Both the position numbers and the translations under genes were made by a program. The notes beneath the pieces were generated by a model. That model was given only the letters and a program-made list of their open reading frames with translations, was not told the DNA's origin and ran no database searches. This document shows positions 19,586 through 30,496 of a stretch of DNA of 32,000 nucleotides, piece after piece (positions within the stretch are counted from its first letter, which is position 1; each line of letters opens with the position of its first letter). Source of the stretch: Wolbachia endosymbiont of Litomosoides sigmodontis (GTDB taxonomy: Bacteria > Pseudomonadota > Alphaproteobacteria > Rickettsiales > Anaplasmataceae); NCBI RefSeq assembly GCF_013365435.1, contig NZ_CP046577.1, positions 660,001 to 692,000 on the forward strand. The letters run 5' to 3'.

Positions 19586-19689
19586 ACAATCGATAAATAA
19601 TTCTTAATTAGAATACTACAATATGCTTGAAGAAGCTACAAAAACAGTGTATAATTAAAGTATTATTTTTCTATCATGAGTACTCTGTC

Positions 19690-20094
19690 ATGACTTTAGA
19701 ATATACACTTACTACTAACTCTGTTGAAGTTACAGTTTTTCCAGTTTACATCGAAGAGCAATCTATTCCTTATGAAAATTGCTACGTATGGATGTACAAT
19801 GTTAAGATAAAAAATAAAAGTTTATCAACTATTCAATTGCTGAGCCGCCATTGGCAAATAATAGATCACAAAGGAAAGGTAAATGAAATTGTCGGAGCTG
19901 GTGTTATTGGAGAGCAGCCTGTGATAAAACCTGGAGAAGTATTTAAATACACAAGCGGGACATACTTGAATGCACCTTCAGGAATAATGCAAGGTAAGTA
20001 CGAATTTCTAAATGAAGAAAGTACAAAAGTTTTTGAGGTTACAATACCGCCTTTTTCTTTGGATAGTCCATACACAAACACCAGGCCACATTAA
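19690..20094 (+). CDS. apaG: ApaG (DUF525) protein
   Basis: The ApaG pattern ([33 protein letters not shown]...[41 protein letters not shown]) starts at ATG 19690. The tracked ORF begins 21 codons upstream at TTG 19627, which would be a non-family extension. Confidence 0.88.
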   Translation: MTLEYTLTTNSVEVTVFPVYIEEQSIPYENCYVWMYNVKIKNKSLSTIQLLSRHWQIIDHKGKVNEIVGAGVIGEQPVIKPGEVFKYTSGTYLNAPSGIMQGKYEFLNEESTKVFEVTIPPFSLDSPYTNTRPH

Positions 20095-20119
20095 ACCAAC
20101 TAATTGGCGCTATCAAAAC

Positions 20120-21560
20120 CTATTTTTTACCTTTGTCATCAAGCTTAAATAAGATTATTATAGAGATTAAGCCAATTATAACTAACATTAATAAAAATAG
20201 GGCAGCTTTTCTATAACGTTCATTGCTTACAAGTTCATATATTCTAATTAGTAGAATTCTAAAATTAAATGGCCTGATAATGAGTATTGCTGTCAGCTCT
20301 TTAACAGTATCCATAAATACAAGCAAAAATCCTGATAATATATTTTTCTTCATAAGAGGAATATGAATATTCAGGCATGTGAAAACAGGTCGATGACCCA
20401 TAGTATATATGGTCCATTCAACCTCATTCGGTATTTTTTAAATCCTTAACTCTATTCCCTTGAAAGATATAGCAAAAAACGAAATAAATAGAAGATATCC
20501 TACTTTAAAATAGCACTATACTAATAGCAATAATTGCATTTGGAATCGTGTAACTCAAAGAAATTAGACGCACTAACTATATTAACGATCACCTTATCCT
20601 TAAGTGCCGTATATCTTATCATTATTGCAGTATTTGCTATACTGTTATAAAATCTTGCTTTGTATATAAAAAATCCCTTCTCTATGTTCTAATCTATAAA
20701 TAGAATAATCTGCAAAGTAAAACTTACTAATATCAGCAATTACACATAAGATAAGTAAAAATTAATGATATAGCACCACTTATACTATGTTTATTGTGGT
20801 AATCTGAATTAGTATTGATGGCAGAATAGGACATCCCATCTTTTCGTAGAATTTTTTTGACAGCTATCAGTGCTGTAATGCAGAATGATTCTGCAACTAC
20901 TAAAATAGCAGCTGAATATTTATCATGTAGTAAAAATTAGATGCGATATACCCCTGTGGTAAAGGTACCAATCGCAAGAAATTATGGTGTAGCAAAATAT
21001 GTAATCACCCCTTCCATTAGCACCAAAAAATGTATCTCAGCTATAATTGATGGACGTATAGAGGGAATAACGCCAAAAAAATAAGCTCTGTAAAAAAAGA
21101 GAACTCAAGCGTTGATGCAACAGTAATTGAATTGCTAACATTTTTTAGACTTGAGCGGATTAATATGTAAACGTATAGATATAAACTGAATCCCATCACT
21201 AATATTCCACCTCCTAGAAATTTTATTTCAGAAAATCAATAATCACTTTTACTTCAGTAAAAAATTTCTCTTAATAAACAAAGCAACTTAAAAACCTTAT
21301 TTCCAGAGAATGGAAAAAATGTGGTAAGCTAAGCTAGAATTAGCCCAAACATATAAAGATATACTTCCAACTCCTCTATCATCATAATTAACTTATTAAG
21401 TATATACTCAGGAAAAAGCGTGCTGATTACCCATTCAGAATTCGCCAACTTTGTAAATAGAATCTATATCAATAATAATATAGAACGAACAAATAATATA
21501 CTTACTAGAAACTAAGAACATATATTTTAAAATACTCTTTAAAAAAACTAAATCAAATCC
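20120..21560 (-). pseudogene. Iron(III)-type ABC transporter permease (FbpB/HitB/AfuB-like), decayed; only the last 93 codons remain open
   Basis: The ORF 20120-20401 reads ...LLVFMDTVKELTAILIIRPFNFRILLIRIYELVSNERYRKAALFLLMLVIIGLISIIIL, the C-terminal signature of two-domain iron ABC permeases. Upstream, the reverse strand still shows family-like fragments in shifting frames. Examples are GVIPSIRPSIIAEIHFLVLMEGVITYFATP*FLAIGTFTTGVYRI (about 20930-21070) and YLYMFGLILA*LTTFFPFSGNKVFKLLCLL (about 21260-21370). No ORF of 60 aa or more lies across 20402-21669. Confidence 0.65.
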
Positions 21561-21669
21561 ACACTTAATATTAAAATGTTATATACAAAAGCCTAAGATA
21601 CCCAGAGTTGATCTATTGAATATCTTTATAATTTTGTATATCATATCCTAAGTTAGTAAGTTAATAATC

Positions 21670-22479
21670 ATGAGCTTTGTTATAGCAACTTTCTATCGTT
21701 TTGTAGAACTCTCTAATTATTATGACATGAAAGATGAAATAAAAGCCATATGTAATAACATTGAGCTAAAGGGTACCATACTCCTTGCAGAAGAAGGCAT
21801 TAACGCAACTATATCCGGTAAAAGAAATGCAATTAATAAAATATTTGATTTTCTACATTTCGATTATAGGCTGAAAGATCTTACATGGAAAGAAAGTGCA
21901 GTAGAATATCAACCATTTAGTAAGATGAAGGTAAAGTTAAAAAGAGAAATTGTTAATCTTGGTGTAAACAATCTTGATATTTCTCTTAGAGGCAAATACA
22001 TCGACCCAGACTATTGGGATGATTTTATCTCTCAACCTGAAGTTTTAGTAATAGATACACGAAATGAGTATGAAGTGAGGTTGGGCAAGTTTAAAAATGC
22101 AATCAATCCACATACGCAATGTTTTCGTGAATTCCCTCAATGGGCAAAGTCCTTCTCCAAGAGTAAAGACTTGAACTTGGCTATGTATTGCACAGGTGGG
22201 ATTAGGTGCGAAAAATCTACAGCGTACATGAAAAGCCTCGGATTTAATAATGTGTATCATCTTAAAGGTGGCATTCTTTCTTACCTTAAAAGAACTCACA
22301 ATAAAAATGGTAATTGGGAAGGTGAGTGTTTCGTTTTTGATGATAGAATCGCCATTAATAACTCACTTAACCCAAGTGATAAAATAAAATGCATATTTTG
22401 CTCAAATCAAGTTTCAACAGATAAGCTAAAATCAGTCTCACGCGGCCAAGTGATTTGTTTCAATTGCAAATCTTCATAA
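21670..22479 (+). CDS. trhO: Rhodanese-domain tRNA uridine(34) hydroxylase (UPF0176/YceA family)
   Basis: 269-aa ORF with the N-terminal block IATFYRFVEL...LKGTILLAEEGINATISG and a rhodanese domain with the active-site loop YCTGGIRCEK. It has a Cys-rich C-terminal tail. Confidence 0.9.
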   Translation: MSFVIATFYRFVELSNYYDMKDEIKAICNNIELKGTILLAEEGINATISGKRNAINKIFDFLHFDYRLKDLTWKESAVEYQPFSKMKVKLKREIVNLGVNNLDISLRGKYIDPDYWDDFISQPEVLVIDTRNEYEVRLGKFKNAINPHTQCFREFPQWAKSFSKSKDLNLAMYCTGGIRCEKSTAYMKSLGFNNVYHLKGGILSYLKRTHNKNGNWEGECFVFDDRIAINNSLNPSDKIKCIFCSNQVSTDKLKSVSRGQVICFNCKSS

Positions 22480-22542
22480 TTACAAGAAAGTTTACGTATT
22501 AGAACTGAATAAAGTCTCAGTAAATTTAAATCTTGCATGCAT

Positions 22543-24993
22543 TTATTTCTTACTTCTAATCAACTCCAGAGCTCTTTTCAAAGAGATACCCTCAACATCC
22601 ACATTTTTACCTAAAGCAACATTTATTTTACCGCACTTTATATAAAATCCATATCTACCACTACAGATAAAAACTTCTTTCCCTTCTTCATTAAAACCAA
22701 GAGATTTGAGCTCTTTGCGCGCATTGTTTACAATAATTTGCACGGCTTCATCTAACTGTGTTTCTAGCACTTCTTTGGAACTTTTCTTAAGAGAAAAGTA
22801 TTTACTATCATAAAAAATATAGTATCCAAATCGTCCGAGGCCCATTTTTACCTCTTTCCCGGTTTCTGGGTGTTTTCCAATTACTTTCGGTAAGGAGAGC
22901 AGCCTAATAGCGGTATTAAGATCAATATCACTAACATTTATATCTTTTGGTATGGAAACCGTTTTTTTCTTTTCTGACTCACTATTAAGCTTCAGGTAAA
23001 GCCCAAAAGGACCTTTTTTGATCACTACTTCCTGACCAGTTACATCATCTATACCCAAGCTTTTTGGATATTCATAACTGTCATTACTGCCAGTAATCTC
23101 TTTTGTATGAGTACATGTAGGATAGTTAGAACATCCAAGAAACACTCCAGCTTTTCCAAAGTTTAATCTTAATACTCCATCATGACAATTAAGACATTTC
23201 TTATTTACTTCTTTTTTCCCTTCTTCTGAACAAAACCAATCAATTACTAAATCATGAATGCCGTTAAAAACTTCATCATGCGTCATTTGCCTGACAGAGT
23301 TTACATGATTAAAAAATGGTACCCAAAAATAACCCAGTTCCTTCTTCCAATCCGCACGTCCATTTGAGATTAAATCGAGCTTTTCTTCCATTTGCGCTGT
23401 GAAGTCATACTCTACACAACGCTGAAAAAAAGTTTCTAAAAATATGGTAACAATTTTGCCGCGGCTGCTTGGAATAAATCTTTTATTATCCAACGTAACG
23501 TACTCACGATCTTGTAACACTGAGATAACTGCCGCATAAGTTGATGGACGCCCTATACCAATTTCTTCCATTTTCTTAACTATACTTGCTTCATTATAAC
23601 GTGGTGGAGGTTGAGTAAAATGTTGTTTTAGATCAACAGAAATCAGCTTACACTCTTCACCTTCTCTCATAGCAGGTAGCATGTTCTCGTCCTCACTATT
23701 CATATTATCTTTATAAACCTTATAGAAACCATCAAAGAATATGCTCGATCCACTTGCTTGAAAAAGCACTTTCTGATCAGCAGAACTAATTTTAACTACC
23801 ACTTGATCAAGGATCGCCGATTCCATCTGACTTGCAGTGGTTCTTTTCCAAATCAAATCATACAATTTAAACTGTTCTGGCGTTAAGTAATCCTTAATGC
23901 TCTCCGGCGTTCTATTTATATCAGTCGGACGAATTGCTTCATGCGCTTCTTGAGCATTTTTAACCTTTTTTACATACTGACGAGGAGACTTTGGTAAGTA
24001 TTTATCACCATACAATGACTTAATTAACCCTCTGATTGAGTTTATAGCCTCATCTGCAATATAAAACCCATCTGTACGCATGTAAGTTATTAACCCTACA
24101 GTCTCGTCCCCAATATCGATACCTTCGTACAAATTTTGTGCTATGCGCATAACATTTTTTACATTAAAATAGAGCTTATTCACTGCATCTTGCTGAAGAC
24201 TAGAAGTAATGAATGGAGGTAGCGGATTTCTCCTAAATTGCCTGCGTTCTACTGTGTTTACAGCATATTGCCTAGATTTAACTTGCCTAATTAAGGCTTT
24301 TGTCTCTTCTTTGTCTCTAATACCAAATTTTTCTAGCTTTTTATTGTCATAGTGGCTCAGCACAACAAAAAAAGTTTCTCTTTTTCTATTTTGCATTTCT
24401 GCCCTGATGCTCCAATACTCTTGTGATATAAATTTACTAATTTCATTTTCTCGTTCGCATATAAGCTTTAATGCAACAGATTGCACTCGCCCTGCAGATT
24501 TGCTTCCAGACAATTTTGTCCACAGCAGTGGTGATAAGCTAAACCCAACCAAATAATCCAAAGCTCTACGTGCTTGTTGCGCACGTACTAAGTCCATATT
24601 CATCCCACGTGGATTTTCTATCGCCTCTTGTACCGCCCTTTTTGTTATTTCATTAAAGACCACTCTATAAATGTTGCTTTTATCATTGATTGCTTTCTTC
24701 TCCTTTAGTACCTCTATTATATTCCAAGCTATTGCTTCCCCTTCCCTATCTGGGTCTGTTGCAAGGTATATATCTGACGTTTGACTGGCTTCCTTTACTA
24801 GCTCTTTTACATGCTTCTCTGCTTTTTCAACAATTTCATATTTTATGGCAAAATCATTATCTGGATCAACAGAACCGTCCTTCACTGGAAGATCTCTTAC
24901 ATGTCCAAAAGACGCAGCAACTTTAAACTCTTTACTTAAATATTTACTTACCGTCTTTGCTTTTGCAGGCGACTCAACTATCAACAATGCCAT
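22543..24993 (-). CDS. topA: DNA topoisomerase I
   Basis: 816-aa ORF with a TOPRIM start (LLIVESPAKAKTV...ATDPDREGE), the active-site region (ITYMRTD) and C-terminal zinc-ribbon/repeat domains (CLNCHDGVLRLNFGKAGVFLGCSNYPTC). Confidence 0.97.
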   Translation of the reverse strand: MALLIVESPAKAKTVSKYLSKEFKVAASFGHVRDLPVKDGSVDPDNDFAIKYEIVEKAEKHVKELVKEASQTSDIYLATDPDREGEAIAWNIIEVLKEKKAINDKSNIYRVVFNEITKRAVQEAIENPRGMNMDLVRAQQARRALDYLVGFSLSPLLWTKLSGSKSAGRVQSVALKLICERENEISKFISQEYWSIRAEMQNRKRETFFVVLSHYDNKKLEKFGIRDKEETKALIRQVKSRQYAVNTVERRQFRRNPLPPFITSSLQQDAVNKLYFNVKNVMRIAQNLYEGIDIGDETVGLITYMRTDGFYIADEAINSIRGLIKSLYGDKYLPKSPRQYVKKVKNAQEAHEAIRPTDINRTPESIKDYLTPEQFKLYDLIWKRTTASQMESAILDQVVVKISSADQKVLFQASGSSIFFDGFYKVYKDNMNSEDENMLPAMREGEECKLISVDLKQHFTQPPPRYNEASIVKKMEEIGIGRPSTYAAVISVLQDREYVTLDNKRFIPSSRGKIVTIFLETFFQRCVEYDFTAQMEEKLDLISNGRADWKKELGYFWVPFFNHVNSVRQMTHDEVFNGIHDLVIDWFCSEEGKKEVNKKCLNCHDGVLRLNFGKAGVFLGCSNYPTCTHTKEITGSNDSYEYPKSLGIDDVTGQEVVIKKGPFGLYLKLNSESEKKKTVSIPKDINVSDIDLNTAIRLLSLPKVIGKHPETGKEVKMGLGRFGYYIFYDSKYFSLKKSSKEVLETQLDEAVQIIVNNARKELKSLGFNEEGKEVFICSGRYGFYIKCGKINVALGKNVDVEGISLKRALELIRSKK

Positions 24994-25339
24994 ATTATTA
25001 TATTAGTACTTAAAGATAATATGTTGAGGAATATACGATGAAAAGTAAAAAAATGCTTTAATTGGTCCTTTTCATTTTATGAAGCGGGTTGTGGAACATT
25101 TTTAGAAATCTTTTAGACCTTACTATTTTAAGCAACTTCGATAATCTATTACAATAGTGTATGCTTGCAGCAGTAATAAGATAAACAAACCACAACTACT
25201 ATTCCTACTAGTAACATTTTTAGCTAAATTGCAATATCTTCCCGAAAGCAATTCCAATTATTGTTAGTGTAGAATCAGCTACAATAGGTAATTTGCTCTT
25301 TTTTTATTTTATGAATTCTGGTGTTAATCATTGTTTTGA

Positions 25340-25705
25340 GTATTACTTATACCAATGCTCATTATTAATAAGTCAAATAAGTGACATTGAAAATGTGTTT
25401 AATTATAAAGTAAGAAAGAGAGATAATAAACTTACATAAAGTATTCTCAAGTAAAGCAATTACACCATAGATCTCATTACATAAAATGTCTTATTTTATA
25501 TGCAACCAAAGTCTCTAAATAAGATTTGGCTCAGGTAAGCATGGTAGCTGGTACATAATTTCAATATTTTTATGTACCTTTAAATTTTTTGACTTATTCA
25601 ACTAGCATTATCTATGATAAAAAAGGCTTCTTACGTTCTTAAATATTGTAACATCTGTTCAAGAAACACATTCATACAATCATCGACATTCGGTACAAAA
25701 TGGAC
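25340..25705 (-). pseudogene. IS630-family transposase pseudogene, 3' part (outer copy of block R5)
   Basis: Reverse strand: IR-R (cacttatttgacttattaataatgagcattggtataag), the C-terminal tail, ...YQLPCLPEPNLI*RLW... and the middle up to about 25705. Confidence 0.78.
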
Positions 25706-26476
25706 AAATTACCTAAAATTCGAAAGAGAAGAAAAATTGTTTACTCTTTCTCAATTTTATAGAAAAATTAGATTAAATCTAAGCTAATTTGAATAAATTG
25801 AAGTAAGATATAAGAAAACCCTAATACTACCATTAAAGAAATAAGATAAAATAATCTAGGAAAATTTAGCTTAAATACCAGCAAGTTTGTAGTACACCGT
25901 GATATGCAAAAAATGAAGTTTTCGCATATTACATCAAGATCAATTCATAATGAATAAGGTAAAGGTAGACAAGAAAAATTTTTAAAAAACTTAATAAGAC
26001 TACTGGCAAGTATCATAAAAGAGTTATTCATCTTTGATAAATTACACTCACACAAGAAAATTGGACACTGATAGTTCAAAAAGGACGTTAAAACACAGTT
26101 AAAGTAAAAGAAATTAGGTAAATAAAATTTTTATCTCTACAGCGCAGTTAATCCCAGAAATGGAGAGATCTTTAACTCATTTGTACCAAATTGTCAACAC
26201 TGATTATATGAATATATTTCTTAAAATTCAAAGGTACCTAAAAATATTGAGATTATATACCAGCTACCATGCTTACCTGAACCAAATCTTATTTAGAGAC
26301 TTTGGTTATATATAAAACAGAACATTTTGTGTAATAAAGTCCATAGAGTATAATTGCTTTGCTTGAGAGCTCTTTAGTACAAATTTATTACCTCTCTTTT
26401 TCACTCTATAATTAAACACTCTGCAATGCTACTTATCTAACTCACTCACTAATAATGAGAAGCAGTATAATATTAG
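25706..26476 (+). pseudogene. IS630-family transposase pseudogene (inner copy of block R5, 5'-truncated)
   Basis: Forward strand: ...KIRKRRKIVYSFSIL*KN*IKSKLI..., ELFIFDKL, FYLYSAVNPRNGE, then a middle deletion, KVPKNIEIIYQLPCLPEPNLI*RLWLYIKQNILCNKV, ending in IR-R (...ctcactcactaataatgagaagcagtataatattag). Confidence 0.82.
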
Positions 26477-26838
26477 GGTCTTCTCGTATCCACACTACAA
26501 CTTATTCAAATTAACTTAGATTCAATCTAATTTTTCCAAGAAATTGAGAAGAGCAAACAGTTTTCTTCTCTTTTAAGTTTTAAGTGCTTTATCCGTGCAG
26601 TTAGCACTTTTCTTAAAAATGCAACATATTTTTGCTACTGCTACTATACAGCATTTAGTTTTTTGCAACATGCGTTATCTTGCACTTTTTTCTAAGTTTC
26701 TTTTACCATTCCATAACTTTTTCATCCAATAATTTCGATTTTAACACTATTTAAATTTTGCTATTTTACTTACTCCAGCAAGGCTTCTTTTCTATTCACC
26801 ATCTATCCATTCCTCGAATAGTTGGAGCTATTATAAAT
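26477..26838 (-). pseudogene. IS630-family transposase pseudogene, 5' part (outer copy of block R5)
   Basis: The reverse strand shows the N-terminal HTH-like region plus IR-L (cagcaaggcttcttttctattcaccatctatccattcctcgaatagttggagctatta). It ends about 160 bp from the tRNA-Ser 3' end. Confidence 0.75.
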
Positions 26839-27000
26839 GATATTTAATCTATACAAGTCAGCAGAGTGGCTTACATGTGAAAGTTAAACTTATGCCAATA
26901 AATAAAGAAGATTTTTGAGTCATTGCAATAAAACTATAGACGCACATACCTAAATATGGTAAAAATAAGCTAACGTTATCTAAATCTACTATATATGCAC

Positions 27001-27088
27001 GCGGACGGAATGGGATTCGAACCCATGGTACGCTTACCACGTACGTCAGTTTTCAAGACTGGTGCCTTAAACCTCTCGGCCATCCGTC
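27001..27088 (-). tRNA. tRNA-Ser (anticodon UGA), class II
   Basis: The reverse complement starts GGACGGA-TG-GCCGAGAGGTTTAAGGC and has the anticodon context AGTCTTGAAAACTG. It has a long variable arm, a T-arm (ATGGGTTCGAATCCCAT) and acceptor TCCGTCC plus G. 88 nt. Confidence 0.93.
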
Positions 27089-27136
27089 CACTTTTTTTTT
27101 ATCACAATATTTAATTTTAAGCAACTTATAAAAGTT

Positions 27137-28465
27137 TCACTTGCCTACACAGAAGCTATTGAATATATCATCCAATACTTCTTCAACATTAATAATCCCG
27201 GTCACTGCACCAAGTTCAGACGCTGCAAGCCTTAAATCTTCAGATATCAATTCAATTGGATTGTTCATATTAAAACGTCGCAAATATTCTATAGCTTTCT
27301 GCATGCAATTCCTATGCCTTTGCCTAGTAATTACAGGAACATTCTTATCATAGCCAAATTTTTTCTCTATTTCTTCTCTAATTACATAAACTAGCTTTTT
27401 TGTGCCTATTCCTTTTAAAATAGAAAGAGGTAAAAAATCTATGTCGTTAATTTTTATATTGTGATCATTGGCAACATTGTCAGCTTTACTCAACACGTAA
27501 ATAGTATTACTACTTATAACATTGCAATTGATGTTATAACGCTGCTCAAAAGGAAATAGCTCTATTCTTAAATCAGCTTCACAAGACCTCTTTTTTGCTC
27601 GATCTATACCTTCTAATTCCACAGGATCTGAACTCTCACGAATTCCAGCAGTATCAGAAAGAATAATTGGGTATCCGCCAATATCAATATGAGCTTCAAG
27701 TACATCTCTTGTTGTGCCTACATATTCAGAAACAATAGCGATATCGCGCCTGGCCAAGAAATTAAATAGCGTTGACTTGCCAACATTTGGTTTACCAGTT
27801 ATTACAACATGTAAACCCTCACGCAATCTTTCACCACGCCTATTATCATTCAAATACTCTTGCATTGACTGCACAAGAGCTTGCACCTCATTGCTGACTC
27901 TTTCCAGTTCCTCTCTTTCTATTGCAACATCCTCTGGAAAGTTTATATAAGCTTCAATTTTGGACTGCACTGCTATTAACCTCCTTCTCCAACTACTATA
28001 TAGCCTTTCCAATTCTCCTGACATCTGCTTAATTGCTTGTTTAGCTTGCATCTTTGTTTCAGCATCGATTAAATCTGCTATTCCTTCTATCTGCGTTAAA
28101 TCAAACTTGCCATTCAGAAAAGCCCTAAGAGAAAATTCCCCAGGCTTAGCTATGACAAAAATTTTCGACAATTCTTCAAAAATGATCTTTATTACTGCTT
28201 TGCTTCCATGCACTTGCAATTCTATAACATCTTCGCCAGTAAAGCTGCTTGGAGCAGGGAAATAAATTGCTATTCCATTATCAATCAATTGACCTGTACT
28301 ATCATACAGATCAACCAAAGTAGCAAACCTGGGTTTAATATCTTTCTTAACATGAAAATGATTTAAAGCTTTAAGCGCACGATCACCTGAAATCCTAATT
28401 ACTGCAATTCCTGACTTACCAAAGACGGTTGATAAAGAAAAAATAGTTTCATCTATGTTCATCAT
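27137..28465 (-). CDS. mnmE: tRNA modification GTPase MnmE (TrmE)
   Basis: 442-aa ORF with an N-terminal THF-binding domain (IAVIRISG), a G-domain ([22 protein letters not shown]) and the invariant C-terminal FCVGK. Confidence 0.96.
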   Translation of the reverse strand: MMNIDETIFSLSTVFGKSGIAVIRISGDRALKALNHFHVKKDIKPRFATLVDLYDSTGQLIDNGIAIYFPAPSSFTGEDVIELQVHGSKAVIKIIFEELSKIFVIAKPGEFSLRAFLNGKFDLTQIEGIADLIDAETKMQAKQAIKQMSGELERLYSSWRRRLIAVQSKIEAYINFPEDVAIEREELERVSNEVQALVQSMQEYLNDNRRGERLREGLHVVITGKPNVGKSTLFNFLARRDIAIVSEYVGTTRDVLEAHIDIGGYPIILSDTAGIRESSDPVELEGIDRAKKRSCEADLRIELFPFEQRYNINCNVISSNTIYVLSKADNVANDHNIKINDIDFLPLSILKGIGTKKLVYVIREEIEKKFGYDKNVPVITRQRHRNCMQKAIEYLRRFNMNNPIELISEDLRLAASELGAVTGIINVEEVLDDIFNSFCVGK

Positions 28466-28691
28466 ATATAAATGGTTTATCTCTCAACAATGTTACCTTC
28501 AAAGAAGCAAAATACCTAATTTTAAAATGCTAAAAATTTTTATTTGCTTTGCTAATTTATAGCAATACAATAACGCTATATTAAGAAATCAAATATATCT
28601 ATCTTACAAAGAATCTTTAAAATTCCCCATGTTGGCTAGTATTAACTTAATATTTATTATAGAATTGATTACGAACTAAATAACCTTGCTT

Positions 28692-29846
28692 ATGCACAAA
28701 ATGCTGATTTTATTATTGATAATATTACCAATCAAGTTGCTTGCAGTTAAAATTGAGATTATTGCAGATGTAAATGGTGAGCCAATTTCAAATTTAGACA
28801 TTGAAAAACGCATTAATTTGATACATTCATTATTCGGTGCTCATGGCGTTAATAAAAATGAACTAAAGCTTCAAATTTTGAAGCAGCTAATAGATGAAGC
28901 TATCATTAGCAACGAAGCACAAAGATTAAATATAAAATTAAGTGATGAAGAGTTAAGCAACGCTGTCGTGTTATTCCTAACTCAAAGTTTTAAAATCAAG
29001 GATAATGAAATTGATCAATACGTAAAAGGGCATAATATAGACCTTAACATCTTAAAAAAGCAAATAGAATGCCAGCTTTTGTGGGGCAAAATCATCGAAG
29101 CAAGAATCATGCTATTCATTAAAATAAGCGACAAGGAAGTAAACGACGCAAAAAGACAAATAGAAAAGCCAGATTATCTTATCACGTTCCAAGAGTTTAT
29201 AATTCCCAATCAGAAAGACGTAAATATCTACAGTATAGCTGGAGATTTAATGGAAAAATTAAGGAATAGTAATAACACCTTCATTCCAGAAGCTCCAATA
29301 AAGATGCGTAAAGTAACTGTTAATTTAAATCAATTAAAAAGCAACCTCAAGAGCATTTTAGAAAGACTCGAAACTGGCGACATAGCAGGTCCAGTTAGTT
29401 CCAGTGATGGTTATTCTATTGTAAAAGCAATAGATAAAGTACAACTTGATCATGCAATGATGGAAAGCACTCTAAAATTAAAACAGATTGTAGTAAAAGA
29501 CTCAGAAAATTTATTAGATAATCTCAAAAAACAAGAAGTTAATTGCTTAAACTTTAATGAAGTGGCAAATAATCTTAATTTGCCAAACGCAAAAGAATTT
29601 GAAATAAAAATGCGGGATTTAAATCCTAATTTACAGGCTTTATTTAGAAAAACAAGTGTAAACGAAATAATAGAATCCAGAGAAAATAGCACTGTAAGGT
29701 TAATGATGTTATGTGATATCAAAGATAACACAGTAGATACAGAAGCACTTAAACAACAAATATATCAACAAAAGATTATAACACAAAGCAACTTACTATT
29801 AGATGACTTGCGTAAAAATGCAGCTGTCAATTATCAATATAGTTAA
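28692..29846 (+). CDS. SurA-like periplasmic chaperone / degenerate parvulin-type peptidyl-prolyl isomerase
   Basis: Signal-peptide-like start (MHKMLILLLIILPIKLLA) and a SurA N-terminal-domain pattern (IIADVNGEPISNLDIEKRI...LKQLIDEAIISNEAQRLNIKLSDEEL). A weak parvulin-like segment sits around GDIAGPVSSSDGYSIVKAIDK. The start could be TTG 28686, ATG 28692 or ATG 28701. Confidence 0.75.
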   Translation: MHKMLILLLIILPIKLLAVKIEIIADVNGEPISNLDIEKRINLIHSLFGAHGVNKNELKLQILKQLIDEAIISNEAQRLNIKLSDEELSNAVVLFLTQSFKIKDNEIDQYVKGHNIDLNILKKQIECQLLWGKIIEARIMLFIKISDKEVNDAKRQIEKPDYLITFQEFIIPNQKDVNIYSIAGDLMEKLRNSNNTFIPEAPIKMRKVTVNLNQLKSNLKSILERLETGDIAGPVSSSDGYSIVKAIDKVQLDHAMMESTLKLKQIVVKDSENLLDNLKKQEVNCLNFNEVANNLNLPNAKEFEIKMRDLNPNLQALFRKTSVNEIIESRENSTVRLMMLCDIKDNTVDTEALKQQIYQQKIITQSNLLLDDLRKNAAVNYQYS

Positions 29847-30496
29847 GACATAACTAAAGTAACTTATGCTGCTTAATTAGTAGTCCAGTATAAGGTTGTA
29901 CTAGCGCTATAGTAAAAACATCATTGCCTTGTTGCTACCTGCAGCATTTCATGCGCTGATACTTAAATCAATACATCTATATAAATCTTTTCTTCTCAGT
30001 CATAAAGCAATAATTTCTAACTGTGAAATCAGTTACAGAAAGATGGTACACATACCTTCCAAAATACTGACTACTTTCTTTATCAAACTAGATTCCTGAT
30101 TTAATAGAAACATGATTTCCTTATTACTTATAATATTGGCCTAACATAATAGGCAATCTTTTAGTTCATCATTCACTACTAAGTTAGTATTCCAAATCAC
30201 TGACCATCAGTGAGCACAATTTTCATAATCTCATTTTTTGAGTTTATCATAAAAAATTTGTTACTATTCATATCTTTATATGATGTTGTAGGCAACCGCT
30301 CCCTTGATATACCCCACATAATCATATCACTGATATTTTTTGCTTGCATAAGCTGGTGATCACAAAAGATTTCCTAATTCTGTATCAACAGCAACAACAG
30401 AGAGTTATTTGTTGCTATTAATATATTACGCTTTACTACCGTAGTAAGGTGTAACATCTGTAAATTGAGTATCTAAAATATTGTAGAAGGTCACTT

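Noticed and set aside
19627-19689. 21-codon N-terminal extension of apaG from TTG 19627 given in the ORF track.
   Set aside because: The extension ([21 protein letters not shown]) has no counterpart in ApaG proteins as I know them. ATG 19690 gives the family-typical start, so I treat the extension as untranslated.
26858-27040. 60-aa minus-strand ORF.
   Set aside because: It overlaps the T-arm and 3' half of tRNA-Ser (27001-27088), and the peptide has no features. Spurious.
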